Positions 40,496-51,572 of a stretch of DNA of 64,000 bases are shown here, piece by piece. Made by a program: the position numbers and the translations under genes. Source of the DNA: Candidatus Kapaibacterium sp. (lineage in GTDB: Bacteria; Bacteroidota; Ignavibacteria; Kapaibacteriales; UBA2268); contig OY761611.1 of NCBI GenBank assembly GCA_963664875.1, positions 2,336,001 to 2,400,000 on the forward strand. The letters run 5' to 3'. Under the pieces are notes generated by a model. It was given only the letters and a program-made list of their open reading frames with translations, did no database searches and was not told the origin of the DNA. Numbering within the stretch: position 1 is the first letter of the stretch; the number at the start of each line of letters is the position of its first letter.

Positions 40496-41047
40496 TTATA
40501 ATTCTTCTACAACAATATTCTGGTTAGTGTAGATGCAGATGTCCCCTGCGATTTTAAGTGATTCTTCCACAATCTCTTTAGCAGAAAGATTAGAATGTTT
40601 ATTTAATGCTCTGGCAGCAGACAAAGCGTAAGAGCCGCCCGAACCAATAGCGATGATATTATCATCAGGTTCGATGACGTCACCGGTTCCACTGATAAGA
40701 AGGGCAGTGTCTTTATCCATGACTACCATCATAGCTTCTAACTTACGCAAAAAGCGGTCAGTTCTCCAATCTTTCGCAAGATCGATAGATGCTCTGAGAA
40801 GATGTCCGTTATGAGATTCCAATTTCTCTTCAAATCTTTCGAGAAGTGTGAAAGCATCGGCAGTTGCACCTGCAAAGCCAACCATAATCCTGTCGTTGTA
40901 AAGTCTTCTGACTTTCTTAGTGCCGTGTTTCATAACGGTATGCCCGAAAGAAACCTGTCCGTCTGCCCCGAGAGCCGCCTTTCCGTCTTTAATCACGCCG
41001 ATAACAGTAGTCGAACGCACTTCAGGGTAATTTTTCTTTTTGCTCAT
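40496..41047 (-). CDS. hslV: ATP-dependent protease peptidase subunit
   Basis: TTV.., [17 protein letters not shown]. Confidence 0.97.
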   Translation of the reverse strand: MSKKKNYPEVRSTTVIGVIKDGKAALGADGQVSFGHTVMKHGTKKVRRLYNDRIMVGFAGATADAFTLLERFEEKLESHNGHLLRASIDLAKDWRTDRFLRKLEAMMVVMDKDTALLISGTGDVIEPDDNIIAIGSGGSYALSAARALNKHSNLSAKEIVEESLKIAGDICIYTNQNIVVEEL

Positions 41048-41669
41048 TTTTCCTTATCCATTAATCTTAAAAAAAGCGAATACGTCTTCAATAACTTATA
41101 TGTGTGTTATATATTTTAGAGATAAATCATGCAGTTTCAAATACAAACATAGATAATCCAATCTGCTATACCTGCAATAAGATACAAATATAAAAAGATA
41201 GTACAATCTTACCTAATTTGCATTGCAAAAATATTCAACACGAATCATAGCATAAGATACGAGAAAATTTGTGAATAGTTATGTAGGCTGTTTAAGATGT
41301 GCATGATGCAATAGATAAACCCCGATTTGTCATTAGAACTCAAAAATACTTGCAACTTCCTCTTTTAGCAAGAAGAATTCAATTCGTAAATATAAGAAAA
41401 ACTTACAAATTGTATCTCTAAACAAGGGAAAGGTTGCTGAGCTGAGAGTTTATGCCGAGCAGAGTCGAGGCAAAGCATAACCCCTTGCCAAGAAACAAGA
41501 TAACTACATATATTGGTTTTCAAATGACATTTTCCATCTAACTAATTGTAAGGAAGTAGTTGTTAGAATGAAAGACAACGATATGAAGAAAATTTTATTA
41601 TTTTAAAACATATTGAGTTTATTAGTTGACGTTGTAGTCGAATAATGTAGGTTATTAAGAATATATTTT

Positions 41670-41753
41670 CAGCCTGAAAGGCTGATAGATAATAGCCCAT
41701 GGCAGCGCCATGGGAAGGTTGCAAGTATTGAGTAAACAGAGCCCTGTAAGGGC
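41670..41753. repeat. Composite hairpin REP-like element
   Basis: cagcctgaaaggctg + cccatggcagcgccatggg + gccctgtaagggc; related to 18564 and 23101. Confidence 0.6.
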
Positions 41754-42152
41754 GGCAAGACTTTTCTATACAGGTGATATAAATAAGAAAATGGTGTTAC
41801 ATTTTCCATTTCTTTTTCTTTTTTTGCGATAAAAAAGAAAAAGAAACGGAAACCAAAGAAAAAGAAAAAAGAACGCTTTGTCTCCTCACCTCATATAGTG
41901 TTTAAGCGTAAGATGCGTATCCAATTAAGGAATTACTGAAAACAAATGTCTATATTATGGAGTGCTGATGCAATATATAGGCAATACACGGACTATTTAC
42001 AATGATATCATATATATTTTTTCGACTAAATGATATTTATAAAGAAAAATATAGACAAACAGTTAGCTCCTTTTTGCCACAAACGCAAGTTTGTATTAGG
42101 GATTTGGGATAAAATCAAATTATGAACTATTTACGAGTAAGAAAATTCTATG

Positions 42153-42192
42153 AAAAAACAAAGGCTGTCGCTTTTGAGGAGACAGCCTTTGT
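42153..42192 (-). terminator. Terminator of the glgA operon
   Basis: acaaaggctgtc/gacagcctttgt stem; T-tail on the minus strand. Confidence 0.8.
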
Positions 42193-42221
42193 CGGAAAAT
42201 AAGTTATGTGCTTATAAAAGC

Positions 42222-43472
42222 TTAATACTCTCGCTTAAATGGCTTGAACCATGTCTCGCCTATGCTGAAATTGAAAGTAAGCTTGGTGAAGTATTCTTTG
42301 AGAAGAGCGTTGTCTGATGTACCTCGCATACCTGCTGTAACAGAAGCATCAATGACTGCGGTTCCGGGTAAAGGCAATTTCATACCATAAGAAGCATAAT
42401 ATTCTTTGATTGCATTGCCATTGATTTCATAGTATAAATCTTTGATTCCAACCCCAAACCTATAAGAAACTCTATCTAAGTAATCAGCAAGAATACTCTT
42501 ATTCCCTACTCTCTCTATACCAAAAGAAACTCTCCATGAGTTGTCATATTTGAAATCAAGATTGCCGGCTCTGTAAGTGAAATCAGTATAATTCTGCAAT
42601 TCAAAATCAGCACACATAATAAATTTGCCTGTAACGTAAGACAAACCAATGCCAAAGCGGTTAGGTACTACCGAAGTGTAAGACATTTTGTAAGTAGTGT
42701 CCAGATCCGAATCGCTAATAGTGACCGGAGTATAATCTTTAGTTTCATTATTGATGTCAAGTGTTGGATTTTTCTCAAAAAACGCACCTACATATAATGT
42801 GCGATTCCAGTTGAAAGCAGCACCAAATTTGAATCCGGCACCTTCAAAATCGTCTTTGGAGCCTCGCACTCTATAGTAAGTGTCCTCGTTAAAAAGGGTA
42901 GTGGTGTTTGTATAATCTGCCTTGCCAAACAGTGCAAAAGCCTGAGCACCAAGAGTGAGGTTGTCAGTAATGTGCATTGAATAGCCAAGATGTATTTTAG
43001 ACAAACCTCCTTTACCGTCAAAAATATTCTTTCCTTTGAGAGTGTCATCATCTATGGGATGAGCTATAGGAGAGGAAATAGAATAATTTATAGACGAATA
43101 TGGTTCTAAACCGAAAGTAAAAGCAGCACCAAGAGTTGTATCTATCATGAATAAACCATTCAAGCCGGTAATTTTACCGTTATTTTGATACTGAGTTTCC
43201 TGATTATCAGATTTGACAATATGCTGATTAAAATTGTAACCAATCTGCATTCTTGTAAGCTCCGAAAAGCTCCACATTGCCGGGTTAGTAGGGTTAATGC
43301 CATGACCGGATGGGAATGCTATTGAGGTTTGAGCCAAACCGTCGTAAACAGCACCATAAGTCTTATTTATATCTCCAAATCCAAACACGGAGTAATTAGA
43401 ACCACCTTGAGAGTAAAGCTCAGAAGAGGCGAGGAGAAGGCAGAAGAAAAATATAATTCTTAACTTAGTCAT
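42222..43472 (-). CDS. Outer-membrane beta-barrel protein (FadL/OmpP1-like)
   Basis: Signal peptide, YS.FGFGD, NPTNPA, GGLSK, C-terminal E.WF. Confidence 0.7.
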   Translation of the reverse strand: MTKLRIIFFFCLLLASSELYSQGGSNYSVFGFGDINKTYGAVYDGLAQTSIAFPSGHGINPTNPAMWSFSELTRMQIGYNFNQHIVKSDNQETQYQNNGKITGLNGLFMIDTTLGAAFTFGLEPYSSINYSISSPIAHPIDDDTLKGKNIFDGKGGLSKIHLGYSMHITDNLTLGAQAFALFGKADYTNTTTLFNEDTYYRVRGSKDDFEGAGFKFGAAFNWNRTLYVGAFFEKNPTLDINNETKDYTPVTISDSDLDTTYKMSYTSVVPNRFGIGLSYVTGKFIMCADFELQNYTDFTYRAGNLDFKYDNSWRVSFGIERVGNKSILADYLDRVSYRFGVGIKDLYYEINGNAIKEYYASYGMKLPLPGTAVIDASVTAGMRGTSDNALLKEYFTKLTFNFSIGETWFKPFKREY

Positions 43473-43477
43473 ATTTA

Positions 43478-44752
43478 TTATTTCCCGCCTTTATCTACAA
43501 TCATGGAATATACTATTTTAAATTTTGGTCGTTTTTCGGGATCTACAGCATCCGTTCCGTAAAATCTCAATCTGTCAAGCTTTATGCCTGCATTACCGGA
43601 GCGGTTAATAGCGAGTTCTATAGTACCCAATCCTCCTGCAGCTTTTATATTTTCTACAGCCTGTTGCATGAAATCAAGTTTAAATACTCCATTTTCATCA
43701 CTTGTGAAATAGTAGCTCAAAAGAGTAGAATCTTTCTTTCTAAAATTTGCAGCAATGATAGAGTCTTTAGGGAAATTTCCGAGATCTGAGTTTTCAAGAT
43801 CAAGAGTAAATTCAAGATATGATTTGTGAACTCCTGCTCTTTCAGGGATACTTCTTACATCTATTTCCATTTCTGCCAAGATTTCTGCATTTAGCATCAA
43901 AGAAAAGCCACTGTCTGATTTATCATCAATGTCAACCATCGAAGCATCAATATTAGATTTTGTTGTGATGGTGTCAAGTCTGCCGTCTTTGTGGTCGTAA
44001 ATAATTTCGAGTTCCGGATATCCGGTTATTTCATCATTACCAGTAAGCTGACCTGTAAAACTGCTGATATGGTTTGAATTGTCACCGGGTGCAAGCAAAA
44101 GCCCCCAATTTGTAAGGGTTTTAGTAGTGTCTCGATCATCTTCTGCGAGCCATCTAAGGTAGTCCTTTTTGAACTGATCAGTAGTAAGATCTATCTCTAT
44201 GCGAGCCATAGTGTCTTGTAAAGGAATATCTATCTCAGCAGTCTGAGTAATTTTTCCGTCAGAGTAATCTATTATCTGATTTCCTGTGAAAACAGAATCC
44301 CAGGTTAGATCAAATGTCCATAATTTATTCATTTGATAAACTTTGAAACTTTGCATTGTGTTAGCAGAGTCTCCAAAGACATATCTGTAAGGAGTCAGCT
44401 TTAGCTTGATGGAGTGAATGTCTTCTTCTTTGATAAAACTAAGCAAACTATCCGGTAAGCCCCCATCAAATCTAAGAATAGAAGCTGCTCTGACACCATT
44501 GGCTTTTCCTACAAAAAAAGCTTTGTTATTGACCTGTAAAGTAGGTTTGAAAACAGACTCTAATGATGCAAGGATACCGTCGGTCTCACTGCTGAGGTTG
44601 TGGAACGACAGCGTGTCGTTTACCAAAGAGTACCCAACCGGAGTTGGTTCATCATTGCATGAAAAAAGAAACAAAGACATAGCTGACAGAAGTGCAGCAG
44701 CTATAATTTTATGCGTTTTGCAGAAGATCATACTTTCGCCAAACCTTTTCAA
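43478..44752 (-). CDS. DUF4270-like lipoprotein
   Basis: Lipobox LFSC; C-terminal RPKFKIVYS; next to glycogen synthase. The exact start is uncertain. Confidence 0.55.
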   Translation of the reverse strand: MKRFGESMIFCKTHKIIAAALLSAMSLFLFSCNDEPTPVGYSLVNDTLSFHNLSSETDGILASLESVFKPTLQVNNKAFFVGKANGVRAASILRFDGGLPDSLLSFIKEEDIHSIKLKLTPYRYVFGDSANTMQSFKVYQMNKLWTFDLTWDSVFTGNQIIDYSDGKITQTAEIDIPLQDTMARIEIDLTTDQFKKDYLRWLAEDDRDTTKTLTNWGLLLAPGDNSNHISSFTGQLTGNDEITGYPELEIIYDHKDGRLDTITTKSNIDASMVDIDDKSDSGFSLMLNAEILAEMEIDVRSIPERAGVHKSYLEFTLDLENSDLGNFPKDSIIAANFRKKDSTLLSYYFTSDENGVFKLDFMQQAVENIKAAGGLGTIELAINRSGNAGIKLDRLRFYGTDAVDPEKRPKFKIVYSMIVDKGGK

Positions 44753-44756
44753 ATAA

Positions 44757-46226
44757 TTACATTAAAGATTGATATATTTCCACATACTTGTCTATGGACT
44801 TGTTCCAGGAATGATCCTGTTCCATACTTTTGCTGACAAGCTCACGGAATTTGTCTTTATCGGCAAACAATTCAGTTGCTCTTTTCACAGCTTCGACAAG
44901 GCTGTCTTTTGCATACGAATTAAATACGATTGAGTTACCTTTTTCGCTATCTTTATCAACATCAAAAGCTGTTTCTACTATGCCACCTACACCGTGAACG
45001 ATAGGCATAGTACCATACACGATGGAATACATTAAGTTCAGTCCGCATGGTTCAAACTTAGAAGGCATAAGATAAAAATCGCTGCCTGCCTCTACCATGT
45101 GAGCCATTTTTTCGTTGAATTCATCAACAAACTTCATTTTTTCAGGGTATTTTTCTGCAGCAGCTTTTACCAAATCTTTCAGATTGTCGTCGCCTTTGCC
45201 AAGTATCAGCAACTGAATATCCAATTGCATCAATTCATCTATAGATTCTAACAATAACGGAATACCCTTTTGCTCATCGATACGAGTAATCATACCAATC
45301 AGCGGAGTCTTTGGCTTATAGTCAAAATCGGCAAGGTTAATAAGCTCGGCTTTGTTATTTATTTTGTATTCAGCAAAATCATCTTCGTATCTTTTCGGAA
45401 TGCTTTTATCTTTTCTCGGATCCCATGTGCATTTGTCTATGCCATTGAGTATTCCGGTAAAGGCTTCGCCTTTGTCTTTTAGTACTTTATCCAATCCGTT
45501 ATTTAAAGATTTGTCTTTAAGCACTTCAGCTGCATAATTTTCACTAACTGTAGTTACACGGTCTGCAAAAACAATTCCACCTTTCATAAAATTGAATTTA
45601 TTTTTATGTTTGAAGTGGGTCTTGATTTCTTCGGGCATACCTGTTTTATTAAACACAGCTAAAGGTGACTCGCCTTGAGTGGCGAGATTGTGGATAGTAA
45701 AAACAGTTTTGGTATTGACAAATTTATCAGCAAAAACATGATTAACATAAGCAGGAATTAAAGCTGTTTGCCAGCCGTTGCAATGAATGATGTCAGGATA
45801 CCAACCAAGTAACATACAAGTTTCGACTACACTACGATTGAAGAAAATAAAACGTTCAGCATTGTCAGGGTACTCTTCCCAGGTAACCGGATCGTGGTAA
45901 ACGCCTTTTTTTGCATCAAAATAGTTGTAGTTTGTGGTGATATATGCTTGTACTTTATTTCTTGAATTTTGCACAGAAGAAGACTTAACTGTTGCCAGTT
46001 CTTCAACATCTCCCATGGGTATAGGCATATCTTTCAAACGGTTAATCTCGTGAATCCGATTTTTTCTTTCGGAAATTGTACCATACTTTGGCAGCATTAT
46101 TCGAACGTCGTGTCCCAATTCCTTCAAAGCCAGAGGCAGTGAGAAAGCAACATCTCCGATACCACTTTCTTTAGCAAAAGGATATACTTCGCTCGATACG
46201 AAAAGAATACTCAGTGATTTAGCCAT
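44757..46226 (-). CDS. glgA: Glycogen synthase (GT5)
   Basis: SEVYPFAK.SGIGDV, GILNGID, R..EQKG, PSKFEPCGL. Confidence 0.92.
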   Translation of the reverse strand: MAKSLSILFVSSEVYPFAKESGIGDVAFSLPLALKELGHDVRIMLPKYGTISERKNRIHEINRLKDMPIPMGDVEELATVKSSSVQNSRNKVQAYITTNYNYFDAKKGVYHDPVTWEEYPDNAERFIFFNRSVVETCMLLGWYPDIIHCNGWQTALIPAYVNHVFADKFVNTKTVFTIHNLATQGESPLAVFNKTGMPEEIKTHFKHKNKFNFMKGGIVFADRVTTVSENYAAEVLKDKSLNNGLDKVLKDKGEAFTGILNGIDKCTWDPRKDKSIPKRYEDDFAEYKINNKAELINLADFDYKPKTPLIGMITRIDEQKGIPLLLESIDELMQLDIQLLILGKGDDNLKDLVKAAAEKYPEKMKFVDEFNEKMAHMVEAGSDFYLMPSKFEPCGLNLMYSIVYGTMPIVHGVGGIVETAFDVDKDSEKGNSIVFNSYAKDSLVEAVKRATELFADKDKFRELVSKSMEQDHSWNKSIDKYVEIYQSLM

Positions 46227-46520
46227 ATTGTTTGTTTTGGTTGTTGTAAATTATAGTTACACAATTTGCAAAAATACGGAAAAACTCTTAAATAAGGAAA
46301 TAATACGGACAAATATTAAGTTTTAATTCCATAATTTTTGAAGTATTTAGAGATTTGAGATTTTGCAATTAGTCTTTTTGATTTTATATATTCAGCTAAT
46401 ACTAATTTTAAGCTTTATTCGATTTTATTTCTTATCTTTGGCAAATAGCTATAAAACTCTTAGTATCAGTCTTTTAGCTCGCATTTCGATGTGTCTTTTT
46501 TTAATAAAAGAGATTATCTT

Positions 46521-47606
46521 ATGAAAATAGGCAATACCAACTTTAGAACAATATGGGTAGAAAATAATTTTGATGTCAAAATTATCGACCAAAACTTTCT
46601 TCCATTTTCTTTTGTTATTAAAACTCTTTGCACCGGAGATGACGCATACATAGCCATTGCTGATATGGCTGTTCGTGGAGCTCCTCTTATAGGGGTAACG
46701 GCTGCTTATGGTGTATATCTTTACGCAAAAAGCTTTCTTGGAGCAAATGACTTTATGGAAAAATTGAGCGTTGCTGTCGCTCATCTACAAGAGGCAAGAC
46801 CCACTGCGGTCAATCTCAAATGGGCTGTCGAACGCCAAATAAAGTTATTTGATAATACAAAACCGCAAGAGTTTCTGGTAAGAGAGCTTTTGGCAAATGC
46901 TAATAAAATTGCAGAAGAAGACATAGAAACTAACCGAGCCATTGGTAGCATTGGTTTAGATCTTATCGAAAAGATATATGACGACAAGGGTATAGTCAAT
47001 ATACTAACGCACTGCAATGCAGGTTGGTTAGCCACTGTAGATTATGGCACTGCTACTGCACCAATATATATGGCAAAAGAGCAGGGATTTGATGTGAATG
47101 TTTGGGTAGATGAGACACGACCGAGAAATCAGGGAAGTCGCCTTACTGCTTATGAATTGCTGAACGAAGATATATCCCACTCGGTTATCGCTGATAACAC
47201 AGGTGGTCATTTGATGCAAACCGGAAAGGTAGATATGGTGATTGTCGGTTGTGATAGAGTTGCAGCTAACGGAGATGTTTGCAACAAAATTGGAACCTAT
47301 CTAAAAGCACTGGCAGCATTTGATAATAATATTCCGTTTTATGTGGCTGCTCCAACGAGCACGATTGATTTAAACATCAAATCCGGCAAGGATATTCCAA
47401 TAGAAGAAAGACATGAAGATGAAGTTAAATATGTCGCCGGCTTTTGCGGAAACAAAAATGTAGAAATTCTCGTTTCGCCAAAAGATTCGCCTGCTACTAA
47501 CTATGGATTTGATATTACTCCCGCAAGACTTATCACCGGCCTCATAACAGAAAAGGGTATAATCAGACCTAAGGAAGCAAGTATTTCACGAATAATGGGC
47601 AAATAA
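46521..47606 (+). CDS. mtnA: S-methyl-5-thioribose-1-phosphate isomerase
   Basis: MAVRGAPLIG, RPTAVNL, THCNAG, ETRP.NQG, NKIGT. Confidence 0.95.
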   Translation: MKIGNTNFRTIWVENNFDVKIIDQNFLPFSFVIKTLCTGDDAYIAIADMAVRGAPLIGVTAAYGVYLYAKSFLGANDFMEKLSVAVAHLQEARPTAVNLKWAVERQIKLFDNTKPQEFLVRELLANANKIAEEDIETNRAIGSIGLDLIEKIYDDKGIVNILTHCNAGWLATVDYGTATAPIYMAKEQGFDVNVWVDETRPRNQGSRLTAYELLNEDISHSVIADNTGGHLMQTGKVDMVIVGCDRVAANGDVCNKIGTYLKALAAFDNNIPFYVAAPTSTIDLNIKSGKDIPIEERHEDEVKYVAGFCGNKNVEILVSPKDSPATNYGFDITPARLITGLITEKGIIRPKEASISRIMGK

Positions 47607-48196
47607 TGGAGCAGGAATCATATATTAAATTTAATTGTGAACATCTGACTAAAGATATTCTGTTCCCTGACGATATAAATGACTTTATTGAACTTGGAAA
47701 AACGTTAAAAGCATTAGGACATATCGGAAAAATTGATGATACTATGGGGTATGGCAATATAAGCTACCGTAGCTCAGACGGCAATATTTATATATCAGCT
47801 TCTACCACGGGCACCTTTGCTAGTTACGAAAAGAAGCATTTTTGCCGCATATTAGATTTCGATATTGAAAGCAATTATTTAAAATCTGAGGGTTTTTTAC
47901 CTGCAAGCTCTGAAACTATGAGCCATATTGCCGCATATCAATCACTAAATGATATCCGCTTTGTTGTGCATATTCATTCAAAGCAGCTTTGGGAAAAGTA
48001 TCTAAATATCGAAATTACTTCCAATATAGGAGTAAAATATGGAACAAAAGAAATGTATTACGAGATAGTTCGTTTACTAAATAGCAATCCGGACAGTAAT
48101 ATGTTGGTTATGGGTGGTCATCAAGACGGTTTAATGTTTTGGCATAAAAATATAGATTCTTTAAAAACGACCTTATTTACATACAATGTTTTGTAA
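47606..48196 (+). CDS. Class II aldolase/adducin-family protein (MtnB-like)
   Basis: GNISYR, SSET.SH, H.HS, GH..G; coupled to mtnA through a TAATG overlap. Confidence 0.8.
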   Translation: MEQESYIKFNCEHLTKDILFPDDINDFIELGKTLKALGHIGKIDDTMGYGNISYRSSDGNIYISASTTGTFASYEKKHFCRILDFDIESNYLKSEGFLPASSETMSHIAAYQSLNDIRFVVHIHSKQLWEKYLNIEITSNIGVKYGTKEMYYEIVRLLNSNPDSNMLVMGGHQDGLMFWHKNIDSLKTTLFTYNVL

Positions 48197-48267
48197 GAGC
48201 AATATTATTAATTAAAATAGCTTGATTAATTTGCTATTTTTGATAATCCTAACTAAATTAATAGCAG

Positions 48268-51200
48268 ATGCAAAGTTACTCGGAACATATAGTCAAGATT
48301 TTAGTAGTAGAAGATGATCAAACCTTTTCTTTGCTCATACAGAGGCGTTTGGGTAAAGAAAAAAGTACTGTGGATATAGCAAATTCCGGAAAAGATGCTT
48401 TAAACTACCTACGAAAATCTACTCCTCAGCTCATGCTTTTAGATTTGAATCTTGGCGACATGACGGGCTACGATTTGGTACAAATACTAAAAAAAGAAGG
48501 TATTTGTCCAAATTTTGTTTGCATCACAAGCATCGATGACAGAAAGAAAACTGTAGAGATGATGCAGGAAGGTGCTATGGACTTTATTTTTAAAGACCAA
48601 ACATTCTTCGAATTGCTACCTGCAAAAGTTAATCATGCTCTCGAAAAAATAGCTTACAAGACTGAACTTAGCTCAGCAAAAGAGCAATTGGAACAAAGCC
48701 TTGTTAGCTATAAAAATTTGTTTTCTCAATCCCAGGACGCTATATATTTCACTAACCTCAAAGGAAATCTTCTTGATTTCAATGAGAGCTTCGAAAAGTT
48801 ATTCAAATATAGCCGACAAGAGTTGGAAAATATCCATGTAGAAAAACTCTATTACGACAAAGAAGACAGAACTACTTTTATAAAAGAAATCGAAAAAAAC
48901 GGCTCTTTGAAAGAGTACGAAGTAAAACTTGTCGATAAGTTCGGCAATTTGCTTTATTGCCTACTTACTGTTACCCAGCAGGTTCAGGGAGCAGAATATG
49001 TTTATCAGGGAATCATTCATGATATAACAGAAAGGAAAAAGGCTCAGGATGCTTTGGCAGAGTCTAAGCAAAAATATTTCTCTCTTTTTGATAACATGAA
49101 CGAAGGTGCTTCTCTGAATACCCTTGTAAGAGATGCCAATAACACTGTTACAGATTACTTGATTTCTGACGCTAATCCTGCATTTTGCAGCATTTTTGGT
49201 TTTAGGTGCAATGCTGGTTACACAATCAAAGCGAGTGCATTTTTCGGTACGGATAATCCGCCTTTCTTAGATAAATATCTGTCTTTATTCAATTCAGGAA
49301 CTTCTAGTATTTCGTTTGAGCATCACTTTACAAATATTGACCGCTATGTTAGAGTTTCTGCATATAAAACAAGGCAAGACGAATTTGCTGCTATTTTTTC
49401 TGATATTACTGAAAACAAAAAGGCTGAGCTTGCTTTAGCGCAAAGCGAAAACAAATTCAGAAGTATAGTGGAGCAGGCAACAGACGGTATTATTCTTATT
49501 GATGACAAAGGTACTGTGCTCGATTGGAATCAATCTCAGGAAAAGATTACCGGATTAGGCCTCACAACAGTGTTGGGTAATAATCTTTCCAATATCAATC
49601 GCGATTTAGATGAGCTCGCAAAGACAAGCGATGCTGATATTTATAAAAAAGAATTTGATAAAATTCTTGAAATGTACATTTCTAAGTTGAAGGCTGAAGA
49701 AGAACTGTTCTTTGAAGATCCAGATATCTTCCCTAAGTATATTAATGGCAGACATATCAATACAATTCTTTTTCCGGTAGAAACCAAGACGAGCTTGCTT
49801 TTTGGAATACTTACGCGCGACGTTACAGCAGAAAGGAATCTGCAAAACGAGCTATTATATTCTAAAAAACAGTGGGAAAAAAGTTTTGACGCAGTGCCGG
49901 ATCTTATGGCAACATTTACAAATAACTTCTGCATAGATAGGCTTAATCTCTCTATGGCTGACTATCTTGATATTGATATCAATCAGGCAAAAGGAAAGTG
50001 CATATTAAAAATAATTGAAGACAAATACGGTCAGGAAAATGTTCATTTCAAACTTATCAGCCGCATTAAAGATGAGAAAGATTATGTAGCTTCAAATGTG
50101 CGATTGGGCAATTATCTCATATCTACTTCACCATTGTACGACGCAGATAATAACTTTACAGGTTTTGTATATCTCGCCAGAGATATTAGCAGAATTATAC
50201 AAACCGAGCAAGCTTTAAGAAACAGTGAGCAGCGCTACCGTATGCTCATAGAGAATGCTTTCGATGGTATTTATCTTCTAAAAAATAATAAATTCCAATA
50301 TGTAAATAGTAGCTTCTGTACTATCACAGGTTTTACATCAGATGAGTTACTTGGTAGAGATTTCAGCATCTATAATTTGCTTACAGATGAATCTATAGAA
50401 ATCACAGAGCAACGTTTGCAAATGAGATTAGAAAATCTTAATGTATCTAATCCTTACTCTATGCCTCTAAAAAGAAAAGATGGTTCAATATTCCATGCAG
50501 AAATTAGCACAGTTGCCGTAAATAGTGAAGATAGGTTGAATGTGCTTGGCATAGTTAGAGACATTACCGAAAGGAAAAATCTTGAAGATAAAATGCTCAA
50601 TCTAAATAAAGAGCTCGAGCAGAGAGTTGAGGAAAGAACTTCACAGCTTCGTTCTACAATGATTGACTTACAAAATGAGATTGTTATACGTAAGCAAACA
50701 GAAGACAAACTCGTACAGGCAAAAAATGAAATAACCGGTGCTTTCCAACGTGAAAAAGAGCTCAACGATCTGAAAACAAGATTTATTGAAATGATTTCGC
50801 ATGAGTACCGCACACCGCTTACGGTGATACTCTCTTCAACTTATTTAATAGAGCGATATACCGAAAATATTGAAAATCAGGATTTGTTAAATAGCGTAAA
50901 CAGAATCAGAAAAGCTGTCAAAGCAATGACTGATTTACTTGAAAACGTTGTGCTTGTTGGTAAGTTCCAAGAACAAAATCCAAATCTTAATCTTGTTGAT
51001 GTCAATCTTGCAAATATAGCAGAGCAAGTTCGCAATGATGTAGTACTACTCGACAAAGACACTCACATTATAGAGTTCCATATAGAAGACAAGCATGAAT
51101 TTAGCAAATCAGAACCTGCAATGCTCAGACTCATAATGCTCAATCTTCTGACTAATGCTTTGAAATTTACTAAAGCCGGCAATAAAATTACTTTTAGCCT

Positions 51201-51441
51201 CAGAAGCACCAGTACTCAATACATGATAATCATCAAAGATGAAGGCATCGGTATCCCCGAAGATGAAATTGATAAAGTCTTCGAGCCATTTTATCGTGCC
51301 AAAAATGTAGGTGCTATCCAGGGTATCGGTCTGGGACTTTCAATAGTAAAGGGCTGCGTAGATGCACTCGGAGCACAGATGACTATCAGCTCTTCGCTTG
51401 ATAAGGGCACAGGAGTCATGGTTAGCTTTCCAAAAAATTAA
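48268..51441 (+). CDS. Cytoplasmic REC-multiPAS histidine kinase
   Basis: ILVVEDD/LLDL receiver; about 5 PAS domains (DITE.K); SHEYRTPL, NLLTNALKF, DEGIG, GIGLGL. Confidence 0.92.
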   Translation: MQSYSEHIVKILVVEDDQTFSLLIQRRLGKEKSTVDIANSGKDALNYLRKSTPQLMLLDLNLGDMTGYDLVQILKKEGICPNFVCITSIDDRKKTVEMMQEGAMDFIFKDQTFFELLPAKVNHALEKIAYKTELSSAKEQLEQSLVSYKNLFSQSQDAIYFTNLKGNLLDFNESFEKLFKYSRQELENIHVEKLYYDKEDRTTFIKEIEKNGSLKEYEVKLVDKFGNLLYCLLTVTQQVQGAEYVYQGIIHDITERKKAQDALAESKQKYFSLFDNMNEGASLNTLVRDANNTVTDYLISDANPAFCSIFGFRCNAGYTIKASAFFGTDNPPFLDKYLSLFNSGTSSISFEHHFTNIDRYVRVSAYKTRQDEFAAIFSDITENKKAELALAQSENKFRSIVEQATDGIILIDDKGTVLDWNQSQEKITGLGLTTVLGNNLSNINRDLDELAKTSDADIYKKEFDKILEMYISKLKAEEELFFEDPDIFPKYINGRHINTILFPVETKTSLLFGILTRDVTAERNLQNELLYSKKQWEKSFDAVPDLMATFTNNFCIDRLNLSMADYLDIDINQAKGKCILKIIEDKYGQENVHFKLISRIKDEKDYVASNVRLGNYLISTSPLYDADNNFTGFVYLARDISRIIQTEQALRNSEQRYRMLIENAFDGIYLLKNNKFQYVNSSFCTITGFTSDELLGRDFSIYNLLTDESIEITEQRLQMRLENLNVSNPYSMPLKRKDGSIFHAEISTVAVNSEDRLNVLGIVRDITERKNLEDKMLNLNKELEQRVEERTSQLRSTMIDLQNEIVIRKQTEDKLVQAKNEITGAFQREKELNDLKTRFIEMISHEYRTPLTVILSSTYLIERYTENIENQDLLNSVNRIRKAVKAMTDLLENVVLVGKFQEQNPNLNLVDVNLANIAEQVRNDVVLLDKDTHIIEFHIEDKHEFSKSEPAMLRLIMLNLLTNALKFTKAGNKITFSLRSTSTQYMIIIKDEGIGIPEDEIDKVFEPFYRAKNVGAIQGIGLGLSIVKGCVDALGAQMTISSSLDKGTGVMVSFPKN

Positions 51442-51572
51442 CCGCCGAATTTGAAAAATTTCCACAATTTACATTATTTAATTTTGACTTGAAAGATTTA
51501 TATGCTAATATTGAGGAAGCGATAAATCTATATAACAGCAATGTATTAACAAGTGCAAAATAAAATTAAGGT

